A DNA stretch of 64,000 nt from Tagaea sp. Its GTDB lineage: Bacteria; Pseudomonadota; Alphaproteobacteria; CACIAM-22H2. Location: contig CBDIIB010000002.1 in assembly GCA_965279525.1 (NCBI GenBank), forward strand, positions 288,001 through 352,000. The letters are read 5' to 3'. Shown here in pieces: positions 10,122-21,036 of the stretch. Positions within the stretch are counted from its first letter, which is position 1; the number at the start of each line of letters is the position of its first letter. The position numbers were made by a program, and so were the translations under genes. Below the pieces are notes generated by a model. That model had not been told where the DNA came from. It saw nothing but the letters and a program-made list of their open reading frames with translations, and searched no databases.

Positions 10122-11141
10122 ATGATCCGCCGATTCGCCCTTTGTGCCGCGCTTGCCGTGGCCGCCGCCTGGACAATGCCGGCTCCGGCCCGCGCCCAGT
10201 CGCAAGACCTCCGCCCGCTGATCGACCGCATGGACCGCCTGCAGCGCGACATGGATGTCATGCAGCGCAATCTCGCGCGCGGCGGTGGCGGGAGCGGTGC
10301 GGTGCAGCCGGTCAGTCCGCCGCCCCCCCAGCAGATGGCGCCGGGAGCCGGGAACACGCCGTCGAGCGGTTTCGTCGAGCAGACCGATATCCGCCTGTCT
10401 GCCCTCGAGGGCCAGATGCGCGACCTCACGGGTCGCATCGAGGAGGCGCTCAACCGCATCAATGTCGCCCAGCAGCGGCTCGACAAGCTCGTCGGCGACG
10501 TCGATTTCCGCCTTGGCCAGATCGAAAAGGGCGGGGCGCCGGCTCCTGCCGCCGATGCCGCGGCCGCACCGGCCGCCACCGCACCGACCACGCCGTCCTC
10601 GCCACCCGTCGTCCGGCCCGGCGAGGCGCGCATCCAGCTCGTTCCCGGCGGCCCGCCGACGGCACCGCAGGCCGCGAACCCGCAGGCCGCACAGGCCGGC
10701 GGGGCGCCCGCCGCCGCTGCAAACGTCACGCTGCCCGCCGGCCCGCCCGAGACGCAGTACGAATTCGCCTACGGGCTCTACCAGCAGGCGGTGCAGGACC
10801 GCGGCGATTTCGGCCGTGCCGAAAGCGCGTTGCGCGGCTTTGTATCGGCCAACGGCACGCACCGTCTTGCCGGCGATGCGCAGTACTGGCTGGGCGAGAC
10901 GTTCTATGCGCGGCGCGACTGGACCAACGCGTCGGCCGCCTTCGCCGAACAGTTCCGCCGCTTTCCGCAGAACGCCAAGGCGCCAGACAGTCTGCTGCGT
11001 CTGGGCCAGTCGCTCGGCCAGCTCAACCGCAAGGCGGATGCCTGCGGCACGCTTGCCGAACTCGACCGGCGCTATCCCGCCGCCACCCAGTCGATAAAGA
11101 TCGCCGCCCAGCGCGAACGCACCCGCCTGACGTGCGGCTAG
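10122..11141 (+). CDS. cpoB: Cell division coordinator CpoB (YbgF)
   Basis: Signal peptide, coiled coil, TPR (AQYWLGETFY, KAPDSLLRLG), C-terminal Cys; between pal and tilS. Confidence 0.9.
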   Translation: MIRRFALCAALAVAAAWTMPAPARAQSQDLRPLIDRMDRLQRDMDVMQRNLARGGGGSGAVQPVSPPPPQQMAPGAGNTPSSGFVEQTDIRLSALEGQMRDLTGRIEEALNRINVAQQRLDKLVGDVDFRLGQIEKGGAPAPAADAAAAPAATAPTTPSSPPVVRPGEARIQLVPGGPPTAPQAANPQAAQAGGAPAAAANVTLPAGPPETQYEFAYGLYQQAVQDRGDFGRAESALRGFVSANGTHRLAGDAQYWLGETFYARRDWTNASAAFAEQFRRFPQNAKAPDSLLRLGQSLGQLNRKADACGTLAELDRRYPAATQSIKIAAQRERTRLTCG

Positions 11142-11154
11142 GCCGCCAGGTGCC

Positions 11155-12468
11155 GTGACCGGCGCCGGCACGCCCGTTCCGCCGGCCGCGTTCGCCGCGG
11201 CGATGGCGCGGCTGGGACCCTTCGAATCGAACCCGCATGTCGCCGTCGCCTGGTCGGGCGGCGGGGATTCGACCGCATTGCTCGCACTTGCCCTCGATTG
11301 GGCGAAAACGCAAGGCGGGCGGGTGCGCGCCCTTCATGTCGATCATGGCCTGCGCGCGAACTCCGCCGACGAAGCGCGGCTGCTGGCCGCGCGCGCCGCG
11401 TCCCTCGGCGTCGAGTTCGAATGCCGGCACTGGCAGGGCCCCAAGCCCGCGACCGGCGTGATGGCGGCGGCGCGCGACGCACGCATGGCACTGCTCGAAG
11501 AGGCGTGCGCGCGCGCCGGCATCTGGCATGTCCTGCTCGGCCACACCGTCGACGACCAGCGCGAGACGGCCGCCTTGCGCGACGCGCGCGGCTCGGGTGC
11601 CGACGGGCTTGCCGGCATGTCGGCGATCGTCGAGCGCACGCACATGCGCCTCGTGCGTCCGCTGCTGGGCTTCTCGCACGACGACCTTCTGGCAACCTGC
11701 CGCGCGCGCGGGCTCGACTGGTTCGAAGACCCGAGCAACCGCGATCCGCGCTTCGCGCGGGCGGCGTTGCGCCTTGCCGGCGACCTGCCCGACATGCCGT
11801 TCGAAGCGCGTGCGCAGGCGCGCGCGGCACGCGAAGCGGAACTGGCCCGCCTTCTGGCAGGCGGCGTGGCGCTCGATCCGGCGGGTTTCGCCTTCGTCGA
11901 CCGGGCGGCCCTGGCGCAGGTCCCGTTCGACATGGCGTGTGCCGTCCTCGCGCGCGTCACGCGCACCGTCGGCGGCGGCGACTATGCGCCGCGCGGCGCA
12001 CGCGTCGAGACGACGATGCGCGCCCTTGGCGAGGCGGGCAGCGTGTCCGCGCGCACGCTTGGCCGTTGTCGGCTGGTACCCGTGAAAGACGGCAGGCTGC
12101 TCGTCGCGCGCGAGGCGGCCGATCTCGAGCCTCCAGTCGCCCTCGAAGCGGGCCTGCCGGTCCGCTGGGACGGCCGGTTCGAGGCACGCCTTCGTTCCGG
12201 TTCCGGTCTCGTTCTGGGCGCATTGGGAGACAAGGGCTGGGCTGGATTGCCGCGCGAGCTGCGCGAGAAGGCGGCCAGACGCGTGCCGCCGGCAGCACGG
12301 GCGAGCCTTCCGGCGTTACGGGACCTTGACGGGGTGGTCGCGGTACCCCACCTCTTTTATGGACGTCCACGCTATCCGCTTGATACCGTGGGCATCCGTT
12401 TCCGTCCCCGGCATGCATTGGCTGGCCCGCTCTTCGCCGGTCCGTTCGTGGAGCCGGCGGGCAGCTAG
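11155..12468 (+). CDS. tilS: tRNA(Ile)-lysidine synthetase
   Basis: SGGGDS PP-loop, HVDHGLR, GHTVDDQRET, RPLL, EDPSN. Confidence 0.92.
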   Translation: MTGAGTPVPPAAFAAAMARLGPFESNPHVAVAWSGGGDSTALLALALDWAKTQGGRVRALHVDHGLRANSADEARLLAARAASLGVEFECRHWQGPKPATGVMAAARDARMALLEEACARAGIWHVLLGHTVDDQRETAALRDARGSGADGLAGMSAIVERTHMRLVRPLLGFSHDDLLATCRARGLDWFEDPSNRDPRFARAALRLAGDLPDMPFEARAQARAAREAELARLLAGGVALDPAGFAFVDRAALAQVPFDMACAVLARVTRTVGGGDYAPRGARVETTMRALGEAGSVSARTLGRCRLVPVKDGRLLVAREAADLEPPVALEAGLPVRWDGRFEARLRSGSGLVLGALGDKGWAGLPRELREKAARRVPPAARASLPALRDLDGVVAVPHLFYGRPRYPLDTVGIRFRPRHALAGPLFAGPFVEPAGS

Positions 12469-12489
12469 TCGTTCAGCGAGGCCAAGTCC

Positions 12490-14421
12490 TTGAATAATTT
12501 CGGCAAAAATCTGGCGCTGTGGGTGATCATCGGTTTGCTGCTGATCGCGCTCTTCAATCTCTTCCAGGGGTCGAGCCCGCGCGGCAATGCCGCCCAGATC
12601 CAGTATTCCGAGTTCCTGAACATGGTCGAGCGCCAGCAGGTGCGCGACGTGACGATCTCCGGCCCGCAGGTCCGCGGCCATCTGCAGCCCGACGGGCGCA
12701 GCTTCGTCACCTATGCGCCCAACGATCCCTCGCTCGTCGAGCGCCTGCAGAAGGCCAATGTGTCGTTCTCGGCGGCGCCGCTCGAAGAGCCGATGCATCC
12801 GCTGCTCCAGATCCTGATCTCGTGGGCGCCGTTCCTCGTCATGATCGGCCTGTGGGTGTTCTTCATGCGCCAGATGCAGGGCGGTGGCGGGCGCGCGATG
12901 GGCTTCGGCAAGTCGAAGGCCCGCCTGCTGACCGAAAAGGTCGGCCGCGTGACGTTCGAGGACGTCGCGGGCATCGACGAGGCCAAGCAGGAACTGGAAG
13001 AGATCGTCGAGTTCCTGCGCGATCCGCAGAAGTTCCAGCGCCTCGGCGGCAAGATCCCCAAGGGCGTGCTGCTCGTCGGCCCGCCGGGTACCGGCAAGAC
13101 GCTGCTCGCGCGCGCCATCGCGGGCGAAGCCAACGTGCCGTTCTTCACGATTTCGGGCTCCGACTTCGTCGAGATGTTCGTCGGCGTGGGCGCGAGCCGC
13201 GTGCGCGACATGTTCGAGCAGGGCAAGAAGAACGCGCCGTGCCTGATCTTCATCGACGAAATCGACGCGGTCGGCCGCCATCGCGGTGCCGGCCTCGGCG
13301 GCGGCAACGACGAGCGCGAGCAGACGCTCAACCAACTGCTCGTCGAGATGGACGGCTTCGAGGCGAACGAAGGCGTGATCCTGATCGCGGCCACGAACCG
13401 CCCCGACGTGCTCGACCCGGCACTGCTGCGCCCGGGCCGCTTCGACCGTCAGGTCGTCGTCCCCAATCCCGACGTGCTCGGCCGCGAGAAGATCCTGAAG
13501 GTGCATCTGCGCAAGGTGCCGCTCGCACCCGACGTCGAGCCCAAGGTCATCGCGCGCGGCACGCCCGGTTTTTCGGGTGCGGATCTCGCCAACCTCGTCA
13601 ACGAGGCGGCCCTGCTCGCCGCCCGGCGCGGCAAGCGCATGGTCACGATGGCCGAGCTCGAGGATGCCAAGGACAAGGTCATGATGGGCACCGAGCGGCG
13701 CTCGATGGTCATGACCGAGAAGGAAAAGGAACTGACCGCCTATCACGAGGCCGGGCACGCGCTGCTCGCCCTGTGGGAGGAAGGCAACGATCCGCTCCAC
13801 AAGGTGACGATCATCCCGCGCGGCCGCGCGCTGGGCCTGACGATGAGCCTGCCCGAGCGGGACAAGTACTCGCAGTCGAAGAAGGAGATGGAGGCCCGTC
13901 TGGTGATGGCCTTCGGCGGCCGTGTGGCCGAGCAGATCATCTTCGGCGAGGAGAACGTCACGACCGGCGCTTCGGGCGACATCTCGATGGCGACCAGCGT
14001 GGCGCGCCGCATGGTGACCGAATACGGCATGTCCGAGAAGCTCGGGCGCGTGCGCTATTCGGCCAACGAGCAGGAAGTGTTCCTCGGCCATTCGGTGACG
14101 CAGACGCAGAACATGTCGGAAGTCACCGCCAACACGATCGATTCGGAAGTGCGCCGGATCATCGAGACGGCGGAGGCCAAGGCGCGCGCACTGCTGACCA
14201 AGGGCGTCGACGACCTGCACAAGCTCGCCAAGGCGCTGCTCGAATTCGAGACGCTGTCGGGCGACGAGGTGAAGGCCCTGCTGCGCGGCGAGCCGATCGT
14301 GCGCCCGACGGCCGACGATCCGCCGCCCTCCGCCAAGCCCGGCGGCCGGCGCGGCTCGGTCCCGTCCTCCGGCACCAAGCCCGCCGGCGGCTTCGATCCC
14401 CAGCCCCAGCCGGGCGCCTGA
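12490..14421 (+). CDS. ftsH: ATP-dependent zinc metalloprotease FtsH
   Basis: [31 protein letters not shown]. Confidence 0.97.
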   Translation: MNNFGKNLALWVIIGLLLIALFNLFQGSSPRGNAAQIQYSEFLNMVERQQVRDVTISGPQVRGHLQPDGRSFVTYAPNDPSLVERLQKANVSFSAAPLEEPMHPLLQILISWAPFLVMIGLWVFFMRQMQGGGGRAMGFGKSKARLLTEKVGRVTFEDVAGIDEAKQELEEIVEFLRDPQKFQRLGGKIPKGVLLVGPPGTGKTLLARAIAGEANVPFFTISGSDFVEMFVGVGASRVRDMFEQGKKNAPCLIFIDEIDAVGRHRGAGLGGGNDEREQTLNQLLVEMDGFEANEGVILIAATNRPDVLDPALLRPGRFDRQVVVPNPDVLGREKILKVHLRKVPLAPDVEPKVIARGTPGFSGADLANLVNEAALLAARRGKRMVTMAELEDAKDKVMMGTERRSMVMTEKEKELTAYHEAGHALLALWEEGNDPLHKVTIIPRGRALGLTMSLPERDKYSQSKKEMEARLVMAFGGRVAEQIIFGEENVTTGASGDISMATSVARRMVTEYGMSEKLGRVRYSANEQEVFLGHSVTQTQNMSEVTANTIDSEVRRIIETAEAKARALLTKGVDDLHKLAKALLEFETLSGDEVKALLRGEPIVRPTADDPPPSAKPGGRRGSVPSSGTKPAGGFDPQPQPGA

Positions 14422-14436
14422 TCGGCGCGACCGGGA

Positions 14437-14712
14437 TTATCGGCGGATGACGGTGACTGTGCAGCGCTCCGGCGGATCCCGGTCGCTCGCCCGCTTTTTC
14501 AGCGGGATGTGGCAGTGCCGCACATATACGGGTTCCGGCTCGCGCACTCGAGCCGTCTCGCGCGGATTGTCGAGGAACTTCGCCGGTGAGACGAAGTAGG
14601 TGTGGCGCGGGGTCGGCGGGTAGATCGCGGAACCCGGAACGGTGGGCGCCGCCGGCGTTCCGGCGGCTATCGCGGCAATGGCGATGGTAACTGTCGTGTT
14701 CGCTAGCAGCAT
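14437..14712 (-). CDS. Small hypothetical, possibly exported protein
   Basis: Fills the ftsH-folP gap; AAAGGA RBS, hydrophobic N-terminus, two Cys. Confidence 0.4.
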   Translation of the reverse strand: MLLANTTVTIAIAAIAAGTPAAPTVPGSAIYPPTPRHTYFVSPAKFLDNPRETARVREPEPVYVRHCHIPLKKRASDRDPPERCTVTVIRR

Positions 14713-14779
14713 CCCCGTAGGTCCTTTCTTCATCGCATTTCAGACACAACGCCGCCCTCGGATCGGCTATTCCTAGGCC

Positions 14780-15613
14780 ATGCGCCGGTTCGAACGATTC
14801 GGGCTTTCCCGTCCGCTGGTGATGGGCATCGTCAACGCCACGCCGGATTCTTTCTCGGATGGCGGAGATTTCTACGATACGGCGGCTGCCATCGCGCACG
14901 GCCTCAGGTTGCGCGACGAGGGGGCCGACATGCTCGACGTGGGCGGCGAGTCCACGCGCCCGGGTGCCGATCCGGTTCCCGAGCCCGAGGAAATGCGCCG
15001 CGTCGTGCCGGTGATCGAAGCACTCGCGAAGGCGGGGGCTGTCGTGTCGATCGACACCACGCATGCCGGCACGATGCGTGCCGCCATCGATGCCGGTGCC
15101 GCGATCGTCAACGACGTGACGGCGCTCACCGGCGATCCGGCAAGCCTGCCGCTCGTCGCCTCGCGTGGTGTCGGCGTGGTGCTGATGCACATGCAGGGCG
15201 AGCCCCGGACAATGCAGGCGAGCCCGACCTACGAACACGCACCGCGCGACATCGCGACGTATCTGGCCGGCCGCATCGCCGCATGCCGGGCGGCGGGGAT
15301 CGCCGCGGAGAGCATCGCCGTCGATCCCGGCATCGGCTTCGGCAAGACGGTCGCCCACAATGCCGAGATCCTCGCCGATGTCGGACGCTTTCGCGAATTG
15401 GGAACGGCGGTGCTGATCGGGGCGAGCCGCAAGGCCTTCATCGGGGCGCTGTCGAAGGGCGAACGGCCCAAGGAACGGCTGCCCGGCTCGATCGCGGCCG
15501 CACTTGCCGCGGTATCGGGCGGGGCCGACATCCTGCGCGTCCACGACGTGGCGGCGACGCGCCAGGCCCTTGCGGTATGGCAGGCGGTCGAAAGATTTCG
15601 AAATCCTTCGTGA
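14780..15613 (+). CDS. folP: Dihydropteroate synthase
   Basis: MGIVNATPDSFSDGG, GGESTRPG, DPGIGFGK, SRK, RVHDV. Confidence 0.95.
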   Translation: MRRFERFGLSRPLVMGIVNATPDSFSDGGDFYDTAAAIAHGLRLRDEGADMLDVGGESTRPGADPVPEPEEMRRVVPVIEALAKAGAVVSIDTTHAGTMRAAIDAGAAIVNDVTALTGDPASLPLVASRGVGVVLMHMQGEPRTMQASPTYEHAPRDIATYLAGRIAACRAAGIAAESIAVDPGIGFGKTVAHNAEILADVGRFRELGTAVLIGASRKAFIGALSKGERPKERLPGSIAAALAAVSGGADILRVHDVAATRQALAVWQAVERFRNPS

Positions 15614-15649
15614 CTTTACGCCCCCCGGCCCAGCGCCTATAAGCGCCCC

Positions 15650-17104
15650 ATGAGCAAGCTTTTCGGGACGGACGGGATTCGCGGTCTCGCCAACGTGGCG
15701 CCGATGACGGCGGAAATCGCCATGAAGGTGGCGATCGCCGCGGGCAAGATCCTGCGCCAGGGCGGCCACCGGCACCGCGTGGTCATCGGCAAGGACACGC
15801 GGCTCTCGGGCTACATGTTCCAGCCGGCCCTCACCGCCGGGTTCGTGTCGATCGGCATGGACGTGGTGATCCTCGAGCCGCTGCCCACGCCGGCAGTCGC
15901 CCTTCTCACGCGCTCGCTGCGCGCCGATCTCGGCGTGATGATCTCCGCCTCGCACAACCCGCACCACGACAACGGCATCAAGCTTTTCGGCCCCGACGGC
16001 TACAAGCTGTCGGACGAGCTCGAGGCCGAGATCGAACGCATCCTCGACGATCCGGGCGGTCGCGTGACGCCCGAGAAGCTCGGCCGCGTGCGCCGGCTGG
16101 ACGATGCACCCGGCCGCTACATCGAATCCGTCAAGTCGAGCTTCCCCAAGGGGCTGCGCCTCGACGGGCTGAAGATCGTCGTCGATTGCGCCAACGGCGC
16201 CGCCTATCGCGTGGCGCCCACCGTGCTGTGGGAGCTGGGCGCCGAGATCGTGCCCATCGCGGTCGACCCGGACGGCCTCAACATCAACCGTGGCTGCGGG
16301 GCCACGCATATCGACATGCTGCAGCAGTCGGTGGTGGCGCACGGCGCGCATATCGGCCTTGCCCTCGACGGCGATGCCGACCGCATCCAGCTCGTCGACG
16401 AGCGTGGCCACTCGATCGACGGCGACCAGGTGCTGGCCTGCATCGCGCGCGACTGGAAGGCCGACGGCCGCCTGCGCGGCAAGAACGTCGTCGCCACGGT
16501 CATGTCGAACATGGGGCTCGAGCGCTGGCTCGACCGGCAGGGCATGCAGCTCCAGCGCAGCAAGGTCGGCGACCGCCACGTGCTGGAGATGATGCGCGAG
16601 CTCGACGCCAATCTCGGCGGCGAGCAGTCCGGTCATGTGATCCTGTCGGACTACGCGACGACCGGAGACGGCCTCGTCGCGGGCCTGCAGGTGCTTGCGG
16701 CGATCGTGCAGTCGGGCAAGCCCGCCTCGGAAATCGCGCACGTGTTCGATCCCTATCCCCAGCTCCTGAAGAATGTCCGTTTCGCCGGACCCCCGCCGAT
16801 GGATGCGGCACCCGTCCGCAAGGCGATCGTCGCGGCCGAGGCGGTGCTCGCCAAGGACGGACGCCTGCTGATCCGCCGTTCGGGCACCGAACCGCTCGTG
16901 CGCGTGATGGCCGAGGCAAGCAATCCCCAGCTGGTGACCCAGGCTGTCGACGACGTGGTCGCGGCCCTCGTCGCGGCCGGCGGCACGCTTGCCGGCGGCA
17001 CCAAGTCGAGCGAGGCGGCCGCTCCGGGATCGCATGATGCCGCACCCGACTATCCGCGCTATCTCGACCGGCGCGTGCTGTCGCGCAAGAACGCCGGCGA
17101 ATAG
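15650..17104 (+). CDS. glmM: Phosphoglucosamine mutase
   Basis: [34 protein letters not shown]. Confidence 0.95.
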   Translation: MSKLFGTDGIRGLANVAPMTAEIAMKVAIAAGKILRQGGHRHRVVIGKDTRLSGYMFQPALTAGFVSIGMDVVILEPLPTPAVALLTRSLRADLGVMISASHNPHHDNGIKLFGPDGYKLSDELEAEIERILDDPGGRVTPEKLGRVRRLDDAPGRYIESVKSSFPKGLRLDGLKIVVDCANGAAYRVAPTVLWELGAEIVPIAVDPDGLNINRGCGATHIDMLQQSVVAHGAHIGLALDGDADRIQLVDERGHSIDGDQVLACIARDWKADGRLRGKNVVATVMSNMGLERWLDRQGMQLQRSKVGDRHVLEMMRELDANLGGEQSGHVILSDYATTGDGLVAGLQVLAAIVQSGKPASEIAHVFDPYPQLLKNVRFAGPPPMDAAPVRKAIVAAEAVLAKDGRLLIRRSGTEPLVRVMAEASNPQLVTQAVDDVVAALVAAGGTLAGGTKSSEAAAPGSHDAAPDYPRYLDRRVLSRKNAGE

Positions 17105-17109
17105 CGGCG

Positions 17110-17913
17110 ATGCGCGGGCGCGTTCTGATCGTCGCGGGCTCGGATTCGGGCGGGGGTGCCGGCATCCAGGCCGACATCAAGACCGTGACGGCGCTCGACG
17201 GCTATGCGGCGACCGCGATCACCGCACTCACGGCCCAGGACACGAACGGCGTGCACGGCGTGATGCCGGTCCCGCCTGGCTTCATCGCCCAGCAGATGCG
17301 CGTCGTGCTGCGCGACATCGGGGCCGACGCGATCAAGACCGGCATGTTGCACGACGCCGCGACGATCGACACGGTGGCCGACATCCTCGAAAGCGAAGCT
17401 GCGGCAAAGGGTGCTCCCGTCGTCGTCGATCCGGTCATGTTCGCCAAGGGCGGGCATCCGCTGCTGCAGCCCGAGGCGGTCGCCACGCTCAAGCGCCGCC
17501 TGCTGGTGCTCGCGCGCGTGCTGACGCCCAACCTGCCGGAAGCCGAAGCGCTTTCGGGCATGCATATCCGCACGCTGGCCGATCAACGCCATGCGGCACA
17601 GGCGATGCTGACGCTCGGCTGCCAGGCCGTGCTGCTGAAGGGCGGGCACATGCCGGGCGACACCGTCGTCGACGTGCTGGCGACCGATACGGGCGTGCGC
17701 GATTTCACGTCCCCGCGCATCGAATCGCGCTCGACGCACGGGACGGGTTGCACGCTCGCTTCCGCGATCGCGACGGGTCTGGCGCAGGGCCTCGATCTCG
17801 AGATCGCGGTCGCCCGCGCGCGCGAATACGTGCGTCGCGCGATCGAGACCGCACCCGGGCTCGGCGGCGGGCACGGCCCGCTCAACCACGCGCACCCGTT
17901 CTCGCGCCGCTAG
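17110..17913 (+). CDS. thiD: Hydroxymethylpyrimidine/phosphomethylpyrimidine kinase
   Basis: AGSDSGGGAGIQADIK, LTPNLPEA, THGTGCTL. Confidence 0.95.
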   Translation: MRGRVLIVAGSDSGGGAGIQADIKTVTALDGYAATAITALTAQDTNGVHGVMPVPPGFIAQQMRVVLRDIGADAIKTGMLHDAATIDTVADILESEAAAKGAPVVVDPVMFAKGGHPLLQPEAVATLKRRLLVLARVLTPNLPEAEALSGMHIRTLADQRHAAQAMLTLGCQAVLLKGGHMPGDTVVDVLATDTGVRDFTSPRIESRSTHGTGCTLASAIATGLAQGLDLEIAVARAREYVRRAIETAPGLGGGHGPLNHAHPFSRR

Positions 17914-17914
17914 G

Positions 17915-19291
17915 TCAGGAGCCGCGCGCGAGGAGCCCGGCCAGCCGCTCGAAGCCGACGCGCACCTCGCCGTCGGTATCGGGCGCGCAGAAGTTCACGC
18001 GCACCGCATTGGGGAGCGCCGATCCGTCGGGCACGAATGCGCGGCCGGGCATGACGCCGACACCCATGCGTCGTGCCGCTTCCGCGAAATCGTCGCGCCG
18101 CCAGTGCGCGGGCAGATGGAGCCACAGTTGGTGGGCGCCTTCGCGCATCCGGATCCGGTCCTGGTCGGGAAGAAGGCGGGCGAGCGCGCCGCGGCGCCGG
18201 GCGAGGTCCCGGTACCACGCCGTCGCCGTCGCCGCGTCGCCCGCCAGGATCATGCGTGCCGCGATCTCGCCGACCAGCGGCACGGTCGAGTGCGTCGTCG
18301 CGCGCAGGGCGGCAAGCGAGCGCTCGAGAATTTTCAGGGGTGCATGGACATAGGCGGCGGGCAGGCCCGAGCTGACGCATTTCGAAAGTGACGAAAGATA
18401 TGTCGTGCGCTCGGGCGCCAGCCTGGCGAGCGGGACCGTCGTCTCGTCGAGGAAACCGTAGCAGTCTTCCTCGACGATCAAGATCCCCTCGCGCCGGCAG
18501 ATCTCGACGATCTCCCGGCGCCGTTCGGGCGGCATGACGGCGGTCGTCGGCGTATGGAATGTCGGCGACAGATACACCGCCTTGGGCGCCCGTCGCCGGC
18601 AGGCGGCAGCCAAAGCGTCGGGAAGCATGCCGTCGGCATCCATCTCCACGCCGAACAGCTTCACCCCGAGGATGCCTGCGGCCACCTTGACGCCGTAGGA
18701 TGTCAGCGCTTCGCACAGCACCGTGTCGCCGGTCCCGGCCACGCCGGCGATGGCGAGCAGGATCGCGTTCTGCGTGCCGGCCGCGAGCAGCACGCGCGAG
18801 GGATCCGCCAGCGTGCCGATGCGCCGGGCCAGCCACTCGGCACCCGCTTCCCGGTGCGCCGGGTGGCCGCCGGCGGTCTCGCCGGGCGACATCGCCGCCC
18901 CGCCGCCTGTGGCGATCGCGACCGTGTGGCGCGCGATCGCGGCGAGTGCGGGGCCTGCGGCAGCCGGCCTGTCGCGCGCCATGTCGACGAACGTCTCGCC
19001 CGGGATCGGGCTGGCGAGGATCGCTTCGGGCGAATCGACCGTCGTCTCGCGCACGAACGTGCCCCGACCGACCTCGGACGTGATGAGGCCGCGCCGCTCG
19101 GCTTCGGCGTATGCGCGGGTCACGGTGGCGACAGTGACGGCCAGTCGCTCGGCGAGTGCCCGATGCGTCGGCAGCCTATCGCCCGACTTCAGGCGTGCCG
19201 CAGCGATGTCGTCGGCCAGCACGTCGACGATCGCCATGTAGCGCGGGCCCGGACGGGACACGATCGCGGGCGTCCATTTCAGGATCATCAT
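17915..19291 (-). CDS. MocR/GabR-like GntR regulator with PLP-aminotransferase domain (copy A, divergent)
   Basis: wHTH LPTHRALA..TVTRAY..GRGTFV; SLSK lysine motif. Confidence 0.9.
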   Translation of the reverse strand: MMILKWTPAIVSRPGPRYMAIVDVLADDIAAARLKSGDRLPTHRALAERLAVTVATVTRAYAEAERRGLITSEVGRGTFVRETTVDSPEAILASPIPGETFVDMARDRPAAAGPALAAIARHTVAIATGGGAAMSPGETAGGHPAHREAGAEWLARRIGTLADPSRVLLAAGTQNAILLAIAGVAGTGDTVLCEALTSYGVKVAAGILGVKLFGVEMDADGMLPDALAAACRRRAPKAVYLSPTFHTPTTAVMPPERRREIVEICRREGILIVEEDCYGFLDETTVPLARLAPERTTYLSSLSKCVSSGLPAAYVHAPLKILERSLAALRATTHSTVPLVGEIAARMILAGDAATATAWYRDLARRRGALARLLPDQDRIRMREGAHQLWLHLPAHWRRDDFAEAARRMGVGVMPGRAFVPDGSALPNAVRVNFCAPDTDGEVRVGFERLAGLLARGS

Positions 19292-19390
19292 CGCAGCATC
19301 CGAACCAAGGGATACTTGGATATCGAAACGCTACGATATTAGCGCAAGCCGGGCCGCCGCTCGCCGCAAAATTTCTTCTGAGATTGTCGT

Positions 19391-20797
19391 TCAGGCGTGG
19401 GCGAAGGCGGGGCCGGGTACCGGCGTGTGGCCGCTTCCGGCACCCAGCATTCCGGCGATGGTCCCCAGCGCCTGGGCGACCGTCTCGTCGTGTTCCTGCG
19501 AGCACAGCGCGATGCGCACGCCATGCGGCGCGTTCGACCGGCCGATCGCGAACGCGCTGCCCGGCGTCACGCCCACGCCCTTCGCGCGGGCCGCCTCGGC
19601 GAACTCGTCACCGTTCCAGCGCTCGGGGACCGGCAGCCAGGCTTGTGGAGCGCCGTGGCTTGCCATGACGCCGGTGCCGGCGAGGATACGCAGGGCCAGA
19701 TCGCTGCGCCGGATGGCGAGGTTGCGCTGCCACTTCGCCGACTGCAGCGCGTCGCCGTCGCGGACAAGCCGTGTGGCCAGCTCGGCCGCCAGCGGCATCG
19801 TCGACATCGTCGTGCCGCGCACGACCGCGGCGACACGCTCGACGACGGCTTCACTGGCGTAGAGATAGCCGAGCCGCAGGCCGCCGCCGAACGACTTGGA
19901 CAGCGACGTCACGTAGACGCACAGCTCCGGCGCCAGCGCTGCCAGCGGCACGCTCGACTCGTCGAGAAAGCCGTAGATGTCGTCCTCGATGATCGTCACG
20001 CCGTAGCGCCGGCAGATCGCCACGACCATCTCGCGCCTTGCGAAGGGCATCACGCTGGTGGTCGGGCTCTGGAAGGTCGGCACCGTGTAGAGTGCGCGCG
20101 GCGCATGCAGGCGGCAGGCGGCCTCGAGCGAGTCCGGCACGATCCCTTCGGCGTCGATCTCGACGCCCGCGAGGCGCACGCCGAGTATGTCGGCCGCCGA
20201 CTTCACCCCGTAAAAGGCGAGCGACTCGGTCAGCACCACGTCGCCGGGCCGCGTGCGCGCCGCCAATGCGAGCATCAGCCCGTGCTGCGTGCCGTTCACG
20301 ATGACGACGCGTGACGGATCGGCCTTGCCGAGGCGCCGGGCGATCCATTCGGCCCCGGCCTCGCGGTGCGCGGGCCGGCCGGCGGTCGGTCCGTTCGAGA
20401 TCAGCGCGCAGGCGTTCGTACGCGAGATCGCGGCGAGGTGACGCTCGATCATCGCGCAGGCCGTCTCGGTCACGGCCGGCACGTTGCGCGACAGGTCGAT
20501 GAAGGATTCGACGTGCCCGTCGGCCGGCTTCACGACCCCGAAACGTTCGACCGACGTCGCGCATACGAAAGTGCCGCGGCCGACTTCGCCGGCGATCAGC
20601 CCGCGCCGCTCGGCCTCGGCATACGCGCGCGTCACGGTGCCGATGGTGACCTGCAGCAGGCGCGCAAGGCCGCGATGCGTAGGCATGCGTGCGCCGTTGC
20701 GCAGCCGGCCGCTCGCGATGTCGGCCGCGATCGCTTCGGCGATCGCCATGTAGCGAGGGCCGGGGCGTGTCGTGATCTGGGGAATCCACTTGGCCAT
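19391..20797 (-). CDS. MocR-like GntR regulator (copy B)
   Basis: MPTHRGLA..TVTRAY..GRGTFV; IIEDDIY; SLSKSFGGGLRLGY. Confidence 0.9.
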   Translation of the reverse strand: MAKWIPQITTRPGPRYMAIAEAIAADIASGRLRNGARMPTHRGLARLLQVTIGTVTRAYAEAERRGLIAGEVGRGTFVCATSVERFGVVKPADGHVESFIDLSRNVPAVTETACAMIERHLAAISRTNACALISNGPTAGRPAHREAGAEWIARRLGKADPSRVVIVNGTQHGLMLALAARTRPGDVVLTESLAFYGVKSAADILGVRLAGVEIDAEGIVPDSLEAACRLHAPRALYTVPTFQSPTTSVMPFARREMVVAICRRYGVTIIEDDIYGFLDESSVPLAALAPELCVYVTSLSKSFGGGLRLGYLYASEAVVERVAAVVRGTTMSTMPLAAELATRLVRDGDALQSAKWQRNLAIRRSDLALRILAGTGVMASHGAPQAWLPVPERWNGDEFAEAARAKGVGVTPGSAFAIGRSNAPHGVRIALCSQEHDETVAQALGTIAGMLGAGSGHTPVPGPAFAHA

Positions 20798-21036
20798 TGC
20801 GCTGTGTCCGACGTCGGAGAAGTGACCCTCCGATATTTCGCGCACACTACAATATTCTCAAGGGAAACCTGATCATGCTTGCGTTTTTATGTCGTAGGAC
20901 ATTCGCGCGCTAAACCTTGCGGTGCACGATGCATGCGCGAAGCGCAGGGCATCCGGACGTACTGCAAAGTAGGGCGGACTGACGGCATGGTCCGGATTTC
21001 ACGCCTGATTTTGGATGCGAATCGAGCATCGTCGAT

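Noticed and set aside
14159-17035. Very long antisense ORFs (958 aa here; also 33349-36318, 5032-7320, 24705-26990)
   Set aside because: Shadow ORFs opposite well-supported genes, expected in high-GC DNA.
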